From positions 14,500-78,499 of the IMG/VR virus record IMGVR_UViG_3300037541_000696: a stretch of DNA of 64,000 nucleotides. One strand, written 5' to 3'. The notes under the pieces were generated by a model. It did no database searches and was not told the DNA's origin. It saw only the letters and a list, made by a program, of their open reading frames with translations. This document shows positions 1-10,761 of the stretch, in pieces. Position 1 is the first letter of the stretch; each line of letters opens with the position of its first letter. The translations under genes were made by a program, and so were the position numbers. The DNA is from a virus.

Positions 1-343
1 GGCACTCATTCAAGTGTTTGATTTGACTGTCGTGAATCATTCCTCTCTGCACTTCAATCAAGGCATTTATTACCGTTGTTTTTACTAGATTGACAAATGC
101 TTTTGGCATTTTATCTAGCGCTAAAAAGCCACCTTGACATGAAACTTCAGTTAGCAAAATATCATTAGGCTTAAACTTTAACCACGGATAAAAGGGGTCA
201 AATCCAAAAGCGCCTTGAACATAAAACTTGTGCATCCATGGATCTGAGTCATTGCTAATTTGTATATTCCAATGAAATTCAGGTGACCTATTGCGCCACC
301 AAAATGACCCGATACAGCCGCCTTCAGAGTTAATGTTGATCAT
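1..343 (-). CDS. hypothetical protein, 3' end truncated by window edge (MININSEGGCIGSFWWRN...)
   Basis: Manual translation from ATG at 343 is open to position 1; the start overlaps the end of the upstream ORF. Not in ORF track. Confidence 0.6.
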   Translation of the reverse strand, partial: MININSEGGCIGSFWWRNRSPEFHWNIQISNDSDPWMHKFYVQGAFGFDPFYPWLKFKPNDILLTEVSCQGGFLALDKMPKAFVNLVKTTVINALIEVQRGMIHDSQIKHLNEC

Positions 344-998
344 CTTTGTTGCAGGGGTGCTGTTTGATTTTACCGAGAACCGGTCGGATCCGCTCGAATG
401 TTAAGTTAAGACATGCTACAGTTCTTTTTTGCTCTACGGAGCGCTGTATTGTATGATGGCTTACATTAAAGTGCCTGGCGGCGATTGGAGCACTATCCCA
501 TTCCTCACCTGTCTCTACGCACCTAATGGTGTAAGGTGATTTTTTCGCAAGAGAAAGACTGCTTCTTATCGCGTTGATTGTATCCATGTCTTCTATCACT
601 AAATAAAGCTTGTCGCATGAAATGCCATGAAACAATTCTGGATGCAACAATGCTAATCGCGCGAGTTTTTTTCTCTCAACATACCAAAAATACTCCTTAA
701 AAGGTTTAAGAATACAACTTAACTCAGGATTCTGGATTAGCTGTTTACAAAAAAGTTCGCTCCACCCAAGCATTCGTCTTACGTCCACCAATTTAATAAT
801 AGACGAATCTGACACTGCCCATGAAAGCTTTAGATGTTCGCATTTCCATTTAATAGAATGCCATGTTCTTTTTGGCCAGCCACGATTCAGCGCAGTCTGA
901 TTATATCGCCTTATGACAGAGGCGAATGGATATTCACCTACGTTTGATCGCAAAAAATCAACCTCTTCTTGTGACCACTTATGTTTTTCCATAATCAA
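330..998 (-). CDS. DNA-binding protein: N-terminal Myb/SANT-like HTH plus C-terminal NUMOD1/IENR1-like module
   Basis: KWSQEEVDFLR...RTWHSIKWK (Myb-like); IRCVETGEEWDSAPIAARHFNVSHHTI (NUMOD1-like). No HNH or GIY-YIG motif seen. Confidence 0.6.
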   Translation of the reverse strand: MIMEKHKWSQEEVDFLRSNVGEYPFASVIRRYNQTALNRGWPKRTWHSIKWKCEHLKLSWAVSDSSIIKLVDVRRMLGWSELFCKQLIQNPELSCILKPFKEYFWYVERKKLARLALLHPELFHGISCDKLYLVIEDMDTINAIRSSLSLAKKSPYTIRCVETGEEWDSAPIAARHFNVSHHTIQRSVEQKRTVACLNLTFERIRPVLGKIKQHPCNKDDQH

Positions 999-1747
999 TC
1001 AAACAACCATGCCCAACCTTTGAATGGCCCACCTACAAGCCATCGCGGATTAAAGTTTTTGTAACTGTATTTTTGGTTCATTCCATGTATTCCTCCGACT
1101 TTGACAAAGCCGCCATTCACTAGATCCTGTTCACCATAAGGATCATGCACAATCCATCCGCTGCTGTCATACCCAATGATAACAACGTAGTGCCCTCCTC
1201 CTGATGGGGCTGTTGCTGGCCCATGATGCAACATCCCGACCGCTAGCGGGCGACCAGCGTCAATCTCCTGTTTTGCCTGCCCTTCAGAGCAGTCAGTAAC
1301 AAACCGATACTTAATCTTAAGCGAGGCAAGAGCTTTTGACACGCTGGCTTGATTTGTTACATCACCATAGCTCTTGACGAGCTTTACAAATCCATTGTCA
1401 TCTATAATTCCTGGCCCGAAGGGATCTTTGACGCGCAAAAAGTTTAAGCACATTGCAACCGATGTAGGCTGGCATTCTCGCCACCCTTCAGGGCCATTAT
1501 CGCCTTGCGCAAAATAATGAACTGTCAAGGGATTTTTCTTGACAATCACAGGTGAAAATGTTTTGGCCCATTGAGCATTTTCGCTTAAGATCTGATCAGC
1601 CGGGACACCGCTTTGAATAGCTTCATATAGCCGCTTAACACCATCTTTTTGGTGTTTAATTGCGGGATTATAAGCCTTGAAGCGGTCTTCAAACCGCTCA
1701 AATGTCATCAGAGTCATTAGAGTTGCCAGGAAGAAATGGTCTCCCAT
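995..1747 (-). CDS. C39-like (papain-fold) peptidase, probable endolysin
   Basis: Cys/His/Asp triad in RECQPTSVAM, GHYVVIIGYD and VHDPYG; N-terminal domain as in cyanophage lysins. True start may be a downstream Met. Confidence 0.75.
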   Translation of the reverse strand: MGDHFFLATLMTLMTFERFEDRFKAYNPAIKHQKDGVKRLYEAIQSGVPADQILSENAQWAKTFSPVIVKKNPLTVHYFAQGDNGPEGWRECQPTSVAMCLNFLRVKDPFGPGIIDDNGFVKLVKSYGDVTNQASVSKALASLKIKYRFVTDCSEGQAKQEIDAGRPLAVGMLHHGPATAPSGGGHYVVIIGYDSSGWIVHDPYGEQDLVNGGFVKVGGIHGMNQKYSYKNFNPRWLVGGPFKGWAWLFD

Positions 1748-1798
1748 CCGAGGGAGTGAAGGCGATTCAGAGTAGTCAGCTCAAGATCTGGTGAAACA

Positions 1799-2083
1799 TC
1801 ATAGACCACAGGCATCCCGATCGCTAGAGGGGGAGGATCCGATGGTTCCTCGCAGATCAATCGGATTTGGTTGTGCATTAGCAAGAGTCTCTCTCATAAA
1901 GAATATCGTAGCAGCCTTCTGAGTGTGCCACGCTTCAACCAGTTGCTTGCACAGCCCTCGGAGTTTCTCGATATCGCGTTCTTCGCCGATAATACGCAAT
2001 TGCCGTTCAAGTTCAAATTTTTGTTGTAGTGATAAATTCATTGATGATGGCTGATCTGATGGGTTTGGCTGTAAAGTGGCCAT
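1799..2083 (-). CDS. nblA: phage NblA-like phycobilisome degradation adaptor
   Basis: LSLQQKFELER...LRGLCKQLVEAWHTQKAAT matches the NblA helix-turn-helix pattern (LSLEQxF). Start placed at ATG 2083, downstream of a -10 at 2108-2113. Confidence 0.7.
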   Translation of the reverse strand: MATLQPNPSDQPSSMNLSLQQKFELERQLRIIGEERDIEKLRGLCKQLVEAWHTQKAATIFFMRETLANAQPNPIDLRGTIGSSPSSDRDACGL

Positions 2084-2154
2084 TTCAGCGGAATGAATCG
2101 CGAGCACACTGTAGGTCAAAAAATGATAGGATGCACGTACTGTAACAATACGTC

Positions 2155-2586
2155 ATGGCGTTGCCGATCAATTCGTATCAAATCTTCGACCTGCTGGCGG
2201 CCGACTCAACGCTGACGGCACTTCTAGGCGTGCATCGTCTCAGGGATGGCACCACAAGGCCCGCACTGGCGCACCTATGGCCCAACGAGGCGATAGAGGC
2301 GACATCAGAATCCGCAGGGGTGGAGGTCATAGTCTACCGGTCTCCCATGGGATCCGCAACGCAGCTTGCGGAGACCGGGCAGATCGTGCCAAATTTAACA
2401 TTCAAGCTTGCCGTGACGCAATGGAAGCCAATATCTGGTGCATATAATCAATCTGCTGTTATTAACAGGCTGCTTCAATTGCTGCCAGGCGCAAACGCAT
2501 CGGACGTAACAATAGATAATTTAACAGCCGGATTGCAACAACATATCATTACATGGCAATGTGTGGCCGCTGTGATTTTGCCATAA
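2155..2586 (+). CDS. putative tail completion/terminator-type virion protein
   Basis: 143 aa, immediately upstream of tape measure; IFDLLAADSTLTALLG start resembles tail-terminator proteins. Confidence 0.45.
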   Translation: MALPINSYQIFDLLAADSTLTALLGVHRLRDGTTRPALAHLWPNEAIEATSESAGVEVIVYRSPMGSATQLAETGQIVPNLTFKLAVTQWKPISGAYNQSAVINRLLQLLPGANASDVTIDNLTAGLQQHIITWQCVAAVILP

Positions 2587-2596
2587 CGGGAAAACT
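2587..2596 (+). promoter_or_regulatory. CGGGAAAACT late-gene box (copy 1 of 6)
   Basis: Exact 10-mer right after a stop codon, 22 nt before the tape measure start. Confidence 0.7.
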
Positions 2597-2618
2597 ACAA
2601 GCAGAATAGTTTAATTGC

Positions 2619-5600
2619 GTGGCAGATCTTCAGGTAACGCTTGCCTTTTTGCTTGAAAACCAAGCAGAAGTTGCGCGTGAACTTGAAAGGACTGGTGGGA
2701 TCGCTGGGGCGGATTTTGGGAAGGGGCTGTCAGCAGGAGCAAAAAAATCTTTAGATGATTTAATTGATCAAGCCACAAAAGCGGCCAAGCAGGTTGGACT
2801 TGTTTTTAATAAGCAAAAATTTCAATTTGAAACTATTCGCGGTGAGATTGTTCCGCCTGAAGCGCTTAAAAATCTTGCTCAGGTAAGCAAAGAATTTAAG
2901 ACGGCACAAAATGCTGTACAAGCTTTTAAGGCAGCATTGTCACAAGCATCTAGGCAATCTGTTCAAGACTTTAGCCTTATTGAGGCCGCAATAACAGGCG
3001 TTGCCATATCACTCAGCAATCGACTAACCGACGCATCTCTGTCGGCACTAGGTTCAATTCGCGGTCTTATCGGAGGTTTTATAGAGCTAGATAGCGAGCT
3101 GCGCCTAGCATCTGCGGCCGCAGGCGAACAAGGTGGTTATCAACGATTATCAACGGTTGTAAGCAAGGTCGGCATCGAAGCAGCAGGCACCACAAAAGAA
3201 GTCGCACAGCTTACTACATCACTTGTGCAGGCTGGATTTAGTGTCAAAGAAGTTGAAGCAGCGCTGCCCGGAATTGTTCGCGGCGCTGAGGCAACTGGAA
3301 CAGGATTCCAAGAATTTGGAAGGATTATTGCTGATACTTTAAGATCATTTGGGCTAGAAGCTTCTGAAACAGGGCGTGTTGTTGATGTGATGGCAAAAAC
3401 TGTGAATAGCAGTAGTGCCCAAATGGAAGACTTAAGTTATACACTTAAGTCTTCTGCCTTAACTGCTAAGGCTGTTGGCATCTCCATGGAAGAGTTGGCC
3501 GCTGCGACTGGCTTGCTGGCTAATGTAGGTATTCGCAGTAGTGTTGCTGGTACAGGGTTGCGCACAATGATTGAGCGACTGGGAAGGGCATCCGGTGGCG
3601 CATCTCAAGATGTTTTAGATCTGGCATGGGGGCAAGAGCGCCTTGCCAAGGCCATGGTAAAGGTTGGCGCCAGTGTAATTGATGCAAACGGAAATATGCT
3701 GCCTTTAGAGGATCAGTTAATTAAGCTCAAAGATGGGTTTAATGATTTTAGTCAAGCAGACCAAATTCAGCTTTCTAATATCTTATTTGGCGATGAAGCC
3801 GGTAATAAATTTCTGTCAATTATCAATCAAAGCACATCATCTATTCGAGATATGTTTGCTGAGATTAGAGACAGCAAAGGATCAACGGATGAGGCACGAA
3901 AAGAAATGGCTGGCTTCGGGCTTGAATTAAAGCAACTTGAAGGAACTCTTGGTAGTATTGGAAATGATATTGGCCAGGTTGTTGTTGCTGTATTGCGTCC
4001 ATTGCTGGGCATCGCAAATCAACTTGCCGGCACTGTATCGGGATTGCCGACACCAATTAAAGCTACTGCTATTGTGCTAACCGCACTTGGCGCCGCTGGA
4101 TTAGCAGCAAGTATAGGCATTGCGGCAATAGGACTTGCCGTAAAAAATATAGGTGGTTTTTCTGTATTGCGCGATCAGATTGCATTAGTAACTAGCACAA
4201 TTACTGGCCCATTTGCTGCGTCAACTGTTGTTTTTCTTGGTGTTGCCGCTGCTGTTGGGTTGATGACAGGTCAGTTTAGAAATATGGATGCTGTAACAAA
4301 ACAAGTTGTCATAACAATGATTTCATTAAGTGCAGCCATTGGCACTGCAATGGTACTTGCAAATGCACAAGTAATTGCCTCTTCGATTGCTGGATGGTCT
4401 GCTGTATTACTGCCAGTAGTTACATCATATAGGTCGTTGATTGCATTAACAAAAGGATTAACAATATCTCAAATTGCGTTAAATGTTGTCCAGGCTCCAT
4501 TGGCTGGAATTGCGGCTGTAATCGCTGGTATTACAAATGCCTATGCTGCACTAAGAAGAGGCATAGGACTTGTGGCGGCAGCAACCGCTTTTTTGCAGTC
4601 GCTAACATCTCCAGGAATGGGCGCCGCCAAGGTTGCCGCCGCTGCAATAGTTGGTGTTGCGGCCTATGGTGCGCTTAATCTTATGATTAAAGAGGCATCT
4701 AAGGAGACGTCTCAACTATCAGAAGAGCAGCGAGCTTTGCAAAGCGAAATAGAAGAAACACGTAAGCTAATTAGTGAGCAAAGAGAAATGGGATTAAATA
4801 CAGGATATGCGCAAAAAAGACTTGCTCAACTTGAGGTGAAAAAATCAGCTATTGCAGAACCGCTTGAATTTAATCTTGACATCGACCAAGCAGAAAAGAA
4901 GATTGAATTACTCAAAAAGAAACTAGAAGAATCAAAAGATGACACAACAAAAATAGCATCTGAAGCGCAAATTGAAGCGACTAGCCAATGGAAGCGATTT
5001 TTAGAGATATTGAAAAATAACGAAGATTTGAGCAAGCTTCCTGCGCCATTAAGAGAATATGCCGAAAAACTTAAGAAAGCAAACGATGATATACAAAAAT
5101 TACAAGAAAAAAGGCTAACTATTCCGATTGATGCGACTGCAGACAATGCGGAGATAAATAGGCGCGTAAGTGAACTTCAAGAATACATTAACGATTTGAC
5201 TGTTAATGTACGCATTTCAATTGAAAAATCAACAATACAAGATCAATTAAAGCGCGTTCAGCAAGAATTAAACAAAATGCCAAGCGGTGAAAACAAGGAA
5301 AAAACAAAGCTTGAAAAAGAGCGTGACCGTTTAAATGTAATGCTTAGCAAAAACAAGAATGAAGAAATTGATCGCGGCCAAAAAACAGTAGCTGTTGCAA
5401 AAGAAATAACAGCAACAAATGAAGCAAGAATTGCTTTAATTAAAACACAACAGGCAGAAGAAGAATCTTTATTGGCGCAACAGCAGATCACTGGAAAGAT
5501 CACTGAGTCGCAGCTAAGTAGAGAAACGTCAATGATTAGACTAAAAGCGATTGAATTAGAAAAAGAAATTAAACTTAAGCAGCTTAGTGCGTCAATTCAA

Positions 5601-7160
5601 GATGGCGGCAGAGAAAGTCCTTCCGCTATAACGCTACGAAAAGAAGTGGCGGATCTTAATGCTGAAAAAGCGCGAATACGAACAGATATGATCAAACAAG
5701 ACCGAGAATCTACGATTGCGAGAGAAACAGCCGCAATTCAATTGCAAAAATCTAGCTATCAGTCGCTAATGAGTCAGCGGCTGGCTGATGGAGAAATAAG
5801 TAAAGAAGCTTATGATAATGAATTAAGATACCTTGAAAAGATTACGCTAGAAAGAGAACGTGCGTCAAAAGTTTATCAACTTAATAATCCTGGCCTGTCT
5901 GCGCAAGATGATTTAGGCATTAGGCGCGAGATTGCTGATATTGATAAGTCATTAGCCGAAAACAAACTTGCCACGGCCGAGGCCTCAAGAGCAAAGCTTG
6001 AGAAGGAGCTTGATTTGCATTCAAGAATTTTAGATCTTTCTTCGCAAAATGCACAGACCGTAACAGATACAGCAAAAAATGGTTATGCGCTGCAGTTGCA
6101 ATACCTAGAAGCAATTATGGAGAATTCAAGAGCACGGCAAGAGCTGTCAAGATCAGAATTCGATGTAGCGCTTGCATTTCAAAATCGCGCTATCGCAGGC
6201 GCCGAGGCTCAACTTGCGGGCATGAGAGAATCATTAAGCAGCAAGCCTGAGGGAAGGGTATCAAAGAAAAAAGAAGAAGAAGCAAGGCTGCTAAAACTTG
6301 ATGCAATCGCCAGGAAAGAAGCAGAAATTGCTGGGATGAAAGAAAGGGCGTCTCAATTAGCTATACAAGCAAAAAGGGCTGAACTTGAAGGTCTTAATGA
6401 ACAAGAGCGCATGGAATGGTTGTCATTGGATCTCAAGCAACGCATGGCAGTGATTGATCAAGAAGCGAGATACGCTCAATCCAGGTTTCTTAATTATCAA
6501 CAAGCACTAGAATGGAGAAGATCTATGGCCAAGGCACGCGAGCCAGGCCTATCAGAAGAAGAAAGAAAGCAATATGAAGAAATCGCAAAAATACAAGGAG
6601 ATGCTCTTAACTTAAGCAAAAAAGACGTTGATTTTCAATATGAAAAACTAGGGTTGATTAAAGAAATGAACAAAGTTGAACGTGACACTTTAGCGATGAA
6701 TCAAAAATCAAGGAGAAATAAGGTCTATTCTGAACTCATATCACTTGGCGGTGCTCGTTTTGCTGGTGGTGATGTAATTCCAAGCAAAGATTATGTTATC
6801 AACGAGATTGGAAGAGAGAGCTTCTTGTCTGATTCTGGACAGCTTTCATGGATCAATCGCCCAGCCAATGCGCTGTGGCGGCCCCCTTCTCGGGGCATGG
6901 TTCTCCCGGCAGACGTATCGGCTCAGCTAGCAGGCGCTGGTCTTCTGCCAGGAGGTCGCTCAGGTACACCTGGAGGGCGCATTGAGCGCGTAGTTGAGGC
7001 GGCTGGCATGGCTGGCGGTGCAATGGCGTTGATTGCCGGCCATTCTGTCGCAATAGGAAAACTACAGAAGAGTATTGACCGGCTAGTTGCTAAGGATTGG
7101 AATGTTACTGTGCCAGTAGCAAGCAGTGCTAGATTACTGAAAACTGTTAGTGCATTCTAA
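2619..7160 (+). CDS. tail tape measure protein (TP901-type core)
   Basis: 1513 aa; Ala/Gly-rich TMP core (GIRSSVAGTGLRTM, LFGDEAG), hydrophobic mid segment, long coiled coil, C-terminal RFAGG..VINEIGRESF motif. Confidence 0.92.
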   Translation: MADLQVTLAFLLENQAEVARELERTGGIAGADFGKGLSAGAKKSLDDLIDQATKAAKQVGLVFNKQKFQFETIRGEIVPPEALKNLAQVSKEFKTAQNAVQAFKAALSQASRQSVQDFSLIEAAITGVAISLSNRLTDASLSALGSIRGLIGGFIELDSELRLASAAAGEQGGYQRLSTVVSKVGIEAAGTTKEVAQLTTSLVQAGFSVKEVEAALPGIVRGAEATGTGFQEFGRIIADTLRSFGLEASETGRVVDVMAKTVNSSSAQMEDLSYTLKSSALTAKAVGISMEELAAATGLLANVGIRSSVAGTGLRTMIERLGRASGGASQDVLDLAWGQERLAKAMVKVGASVIDANGNMLPLEDQLIKLKDGFNDFSQADQIQLSNILFGDEAGNKFLSIINQSTSSIRDMFAEIRDSKGSTDEARKEMAGFGLELKQLEGTLGSIGNDIGQVVVAVLRPLLGIANQLAGTVSGLPTPIKATAIVLTALGAAGLAASIGIAAIGLAVKNIGGFSVLRDQIALVTSTITGPFAASTVVFLGVAAAVGLMTGQFRNMDAVTKQVVITMISLSAAIGTAMVLANAQVIASSIAGWSAVLLPVVTSYRSLIALTKGLTISQIALNVVQAPLAGIAAVIAGITNAYAALRRGIGLVAAATAFLQSLTSPGMGAAKVAAAAIVGVAAYGALNLMIKEASKETSQLSEEQRALQSEIEETRKLISEQREMGLNTGYAQKRLAQLEVKKSAIAEPLEFNLDIDQAEKKIELLKKKLEESKDDTTKIASEAQIEATSQWKRFLEILKNNEDLSKLPAPLREYAEKLKKANDDIQKLQEKRLTIPIDATADNAEINRRVSELQEYINDLTVNVRISIEKSTIQDQLKRVQQELNKMPSGENKEKTKLEKERDRLNVMLSKNKNEEIDRGQKTVAVAKEITATNEARIALIKTQQAEEESLLAQQQITGKITESQLSRETSMIRLKAIELEKEIKLKQLSASIQDGGRESPSAITLRKEVADLNAEKARIRTDMIKQDRESTIARETAAIQLQKSSYQSLMSQRLADGEISKEAYDNELRYLEKITLERERASKVYQLNNPGLSAQDDLGIRREIADIDKSLAENKLATAEASRAKLEKELDLHSRILDLSSQNAQTVTDTAKNGYALQLQYLEAIMENSRARQELSRSEFDVALAFQNRAIAGAEAQLAGMRESLSSKPEGRVSKKKEEEARLLKLDAIARKEAEIAGMKERASQLAIQAKRAELEGLNEQERMEWLSLDLKQRMAVIDQEARYAQSRFLNYQQALEWRRSMAKAREPGLSEEERKQYEEIAKIQGDALNLSKKDVDFQYEKLGLIKEMNKVERDTLAMNQKSRRNKVYSELISLGGARFAGGDVIPSKDYVINEIGRESFLSDSGQLSWINRPANALWRPPSRGMVLPADVSAQLAGAGLLPGGRSGTPGGRIERVVEAAGMAGGAMALIAGHSVAIGKLQKSIDRLVAKDWNVTVPVASSARLLKTVSAF

Positions 7161-7900
7161 TGGCAATTACAATCTCTTATTCCGGCTCAACAGTTACCAT
7201 TCCAGATAGGCTTGTGAAGTCTCCGTTTGGATTTAACGAGGTCAATACAAGGCGTGGAAGAACAGCAGAAATGATCTCAATAGATGGGCTGCTTCTTAGG
7301 TCTGAAGCTGCAGCACTTGTCGCACTATTTAAGTCATATCGTGATGTAAAAATTACAGAAGAAGATCCACAAAAAACAGGTGTTACTGGAGCAACTGTTG
7401 CAATTACTGGATCTGGTGTTGGTTTTTCATGGAACAATAGGGCATGTTGGGTAGACAAGGCTCCATCGGTTGAATATAGGGGCGCATTTGTTAAGGTTAC
7501 GGCTGATTTTGTAGATGCAACACAAGCGCTGCAGATCTTGCTAGAGGAGCGTGATGATAGCGATGAAGACGGGATTAACCTTGGCACAATCACCCTTGGA
7601 TCTGCCGTGATTAACCTTTTGTCGTATCCATTGACCTATGAAGAACTACCGCAACCGAGCCGCAATCCTGCTGGCGTGCATGTTTTTACTGGCCAGCTTA
7701 CGCTTCAGGAAGCCAAAGAGGTGGAGGGATGGGTGACCGAAGTAAACAAAAACAATCTTGAATCATGGTTGACAACCGTTACCGCAACAACACCTGCGCC
7801 TAATACGTGGTATCCGGTTTCGTATCAACGTCCAGTAGCCAAGACAAGATTTGGAGCACTGACGTATGATGTAGGTCTTAAAATCATTAAAATACGATAA
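7160..7900 (+). CDS. putative distal tail / tail-tip protein
   Basis: Directly follows TMP with overlapping stop/start; beta-rich 246 aa. Confidence 0.55.
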   Translation: MAITISYSGSTVTIPDRLVKSPFGFNEVNTRRGRTAEMISIDGLLLRSEAAALVALFKSYRDVKITEEDPQKTGVTGATVAITGSGVGFSWNNRACWVDKAPSVEYRGAFVKVTADFVDATQALQILLEERDDSDEDGINLGTITLGSAVINLLSYPLTYEELPQPSRNPAGVHVFTGQLTLQEAKEVEGWVTEVNKNNLESWLTTVTATTPAPNTWYPVSYQRPVAKTRFGALTYDVGLKIIKIR

Positions 7901-10761
7901 TGGCTGTTGATACTAGGAGTTGGTCGTGGTGCAACCTAGGGAAGTTGTCTCCAGACGCTACAACACTGTCTGAGACGCACCTACAAGGCTCGGGAGGAGG
8001 TGTCATCAAGGTCACCGGCACGATCAACCTATCTGGAATCTATCGCCCGTCAGTGGGCACAGAAGTGTTCCTGGCGGCAAGTGACGGGCAAAGATGGATA
8101 TGCAGAATTCCTCGTAAGTTACGCGTAATTGATAGCTTTGCGGATCCATTGCGCAAGATCACTACCGTATCAGTTGGGTGCAAGTTTGCTTATTTTGAAA
8201 ATAGAAAAGCTCCTGTGCTTTTGCGTTCGGTAACAGAAGAAGAAGCCAACCCATTTGTCACGCAATTGGAGCGTGAACTTAGGACGCAGACAATATCATC
8301 AAAATTTGTAGCAGAAAAGATATTGCAGGAGCTTGGTCTTACAGCAGCAAGCTCCATCCCGTTTACGAGCCATCGCATCATGAGCGAATGGGACCTATCT
8401 GGCGGTTATGTTCAAGAATTAGCAAAGATAGCAGAAGCTGAATGCTATCGCTGCAGGTTAAACGAGTATGAACAGGTAGAATTTATTAACCTACTGAATC
8501 AAGGTGTTAGTGCTGCACCATTGCTCACCGAAAATCAGCTAGTAGATATTTCCCCTCAAACTGTTGGCGATCTACCGGCAGAAGCCGTCTATGCGTCATA
8601 TTCGTATAATGTACTCAGGCCTCAACCTAAAGAAACGGATACGTTAAAGCGTCACTGGGAACGAGATGAAAGCACATCGGTTGAGCAGTATATTCACAAC
8701 GGCCCAGATGAAATAGAAAGCGGAACATTTGTTTCGTCTAGGAGAACAGAAACTGAATATGATACAAAAGATAGAGTTAAAAGGAGAGTCGAAACATCGG
8801 CAAACTTAACAGGTACAACAATTGCAATCACTGAATATACCTATGAAGCTCCAGCGCCGCAGCGAAATGAAGACGGCACGCTGCCGCCACCAGATGAATT
8901 TAATGATTATACGGTTGTTCAAAAAGAAGAATACAGGCAAACATCCCCGATTGCCGATATTGCTGGAAGTTGTGGATTTGAAGGTTCGTTAGGTGAATTA
9001 CGAGCGCTTGGCACCTATCTAAGCGCAAAGCGAACAACTGAATATGATAGAGATAAAGTTTCTGGAATTACAAAGCAAGTAACGCGTAATTGGGTGCCTT
9101 TTGGTAGCACACCATTTGGATCAGATGCCGTGCAAAAAAGTGCATTTGATATGTCAGTAGGTGATTTAATTGCTAGCGCAAGCGCATTGGTTGAATATGG
9201 AAGTGAAGTTAGCATAAGAACAGAGCGTGAATATGGATTACGCAAAAGGCCAAGTCAGCAGGAGCGTAATTTATCATCTGATCGGCTGTATCCAAATTTT
9301 GCCCAAAGAAGTGATTTTGCGTGGACAACTGGATCGGCAACATCACAAACAAGCATTGAGCTTTCGCCTCCATTTGTGTCTGATGATCGAATGGAAAAAA
9401 GCACCGTCAATGGTGTAGTGACGTGGACATATCAACCGTCAGACGCCTATAGGCAAGCATTGAATTATGCACGCACAGAAAACAAGCTACTTTTAGGGAA
9501 TCGCTCTGGCGCTGGCATTCAGATCAGGTTAATTGATGCCCCAGCAAGGCCTTTTGATTTGTTTTATCTTCGCATGAATAATTGCACAGCGGCATATAGG
9601 TCAAATGGCATGACGTGGACTATAAAAGGGGATGGAATCATTGTATCAGTCGATGCTTTATTTATGGGCGCAATAGATGGCAATATCAATGACGCATGGT
9701 TTCCTCTTCCTAGTGGAATCACATCACTTCCAAGCCTATACGCCATTGCAACAAATTCTAACCCATTGCCATCAAACGCAATAAACATACCATCAAATTT
9801 TGATCCAACAAATGTTGATCTAACTGCGCTATTTGCATCACTCCCGAGTGGTCAGGCGCCAGTTCCTGCAGCCACGTTGAATCCGTCTGCGATAGTATTG
9901 CCGTATCAAGAAACATTGCCAATACATGCTGGGATTCAAGTGGGACTTAGTGTTGAAATTGTTGAACCAGACCTGCCGGCTCAATCATTGGTGGCCGGAG
10001 TAGACGTTGCTGCGTTGATCACTGCGATGCCAGCACAGGTTAGCTTGATTGCAGGAGTCGAAGTTGGATTGTCTTATACTGAAGAATCTACTGCAAGTGA
10101 TGTTGTATTTCAGCTTCAAATGTCTGGCTCAAATGGAAGCACTACATTTACAGATTTAAGCCCTAATGCAATAGCTGTAACAACAGGCGGAGGAGCGCAA
10201 GTCAATGGTAACGAACTTTTGTTAGATGGAGATGATGATTATTTGTATGCCGAAAACTCGGCTCTTGTGTTGACATCCGATCAGCCGTGGACAGTCGAGA
10301 TGTTTGTAACTCCGCTAGATATTCCTTTTTATTCTTTCATTGGTATAATGACATTTTTCAATGATTCGCAAGTTGATCAAAACGGATCGCCTATTATTCA
10401 ATCAGGAATCACCCTTGGCATTATGGCAGGGTACTGGGCGTTTGGTGATGCAAATATGACTACAGATTTTGAGCTAGAAGCACAAGTAAATACAAAAGTT
10501 CATGTTGCAATTGTGGCATCAGGTGATGGCACCTTTAGGCTTGCAATTGCGGGAACATTTATTGCGACTAGAACTTTCTATGGCGTATATCAAGAAGGAG
10601 CCAACAAGCTTTATATTGGCAAAATTGAAGATCCAAATATAAATGCAGGCACTCCATATGATCTTGATTTTAATGGTAAGATAGGACCGTTCCGAATCAC
10701 ATCCGCAGAACTTTATACTGGAGCAACATTTACACCACCCACATCATTCCCTAATCCATAA
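7900..10761 (+). CDS. tail hub/minor tail protein with C-terminal LamG/concanavalin-like domain
   Basis: C-terminus GSNGSTTFTDLS..LLLDGDDDYL..WTVEMFV..HVAIV..FNGKIGPFRIT..YTGATFTPPT is LamG-like; position after TMP. Confidence 0.7.
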   Translation: MAVDTRSWSWCNLGKLSPDATTLSETHLQGSGGGVIKVTGTINLSGIYRPSVGTEVFLAASDGQRWICRIPRKLRVIDSFADPLRKITTVSVGCKFAYFENRKAPVLLRSVTEEEANPFVTQLERELRTQTISSKFVAEKILQELGLTAASSIPFTSHRIMSEWDLSGGYVQELAKIAEAECYRCRLNEYEQVEFINLLNQGVSAAPLLTENQLVDISPQTVGDLPAEAVYASYSYNVLRPQPKETDTLKRHWERDESTSVEQYIHNGPDEIESGTFVSSRRTETEYDTKDRVKRRVETSANLTGTTIAITEYTYEAPAPQRNEDGTLPPPDEFNDYTVVQKEEYRQTSPIADIAGSCGFEGSLGELRALGTYLSAKRTTEYDRDKVSGITKQVTRNWVPFGSTPFGSDAVQKSAFDMSVGDLIASASALVEYGSEVSIRTEREYGLRKRPSQQERNLSSDRLYPNFAQRSDFAWTTGSATSQTSIELSPPFVSDDRMEKSTVNGVVTWTYQPSDAYRQALNYARTENKLLLGNRSGAGIQIRLIDAPARPFDLFYLRMNNCTAAYRSNGMTWTIKGDGIIVSVDALFMGAIDGNINDAWFPLPSGITSLPSLYAIATNSNPLPSNAINIPSNFDPTNVDLTALFASLPSGQAPVPAATLNPSAIVLPYQETLPIHAGIQVGLSVEIVEPDLPAQSLVAGVDVAALITAMPAQVSLIAGVEVGLSYTEESTASDVVFQLQMSGSNGSTTFTDLSPNAIAVTTGGGAQVNGNELLLDGDDDYLYAENSALVLTSDQPWTVEMFVTPLDIPFYSFIGIMTFFNDSQVDQNGSPIIQSGITLGIMAGYWAFGDANMTTDFELEAQVNTKVHVAIVASGDGTFRLAIAGTFIATRTFYGVYQEGANKLYIGKIEDPNINAGTPYDLDFNGKIGPFRITSAELYTGATFTPPTSFPNP

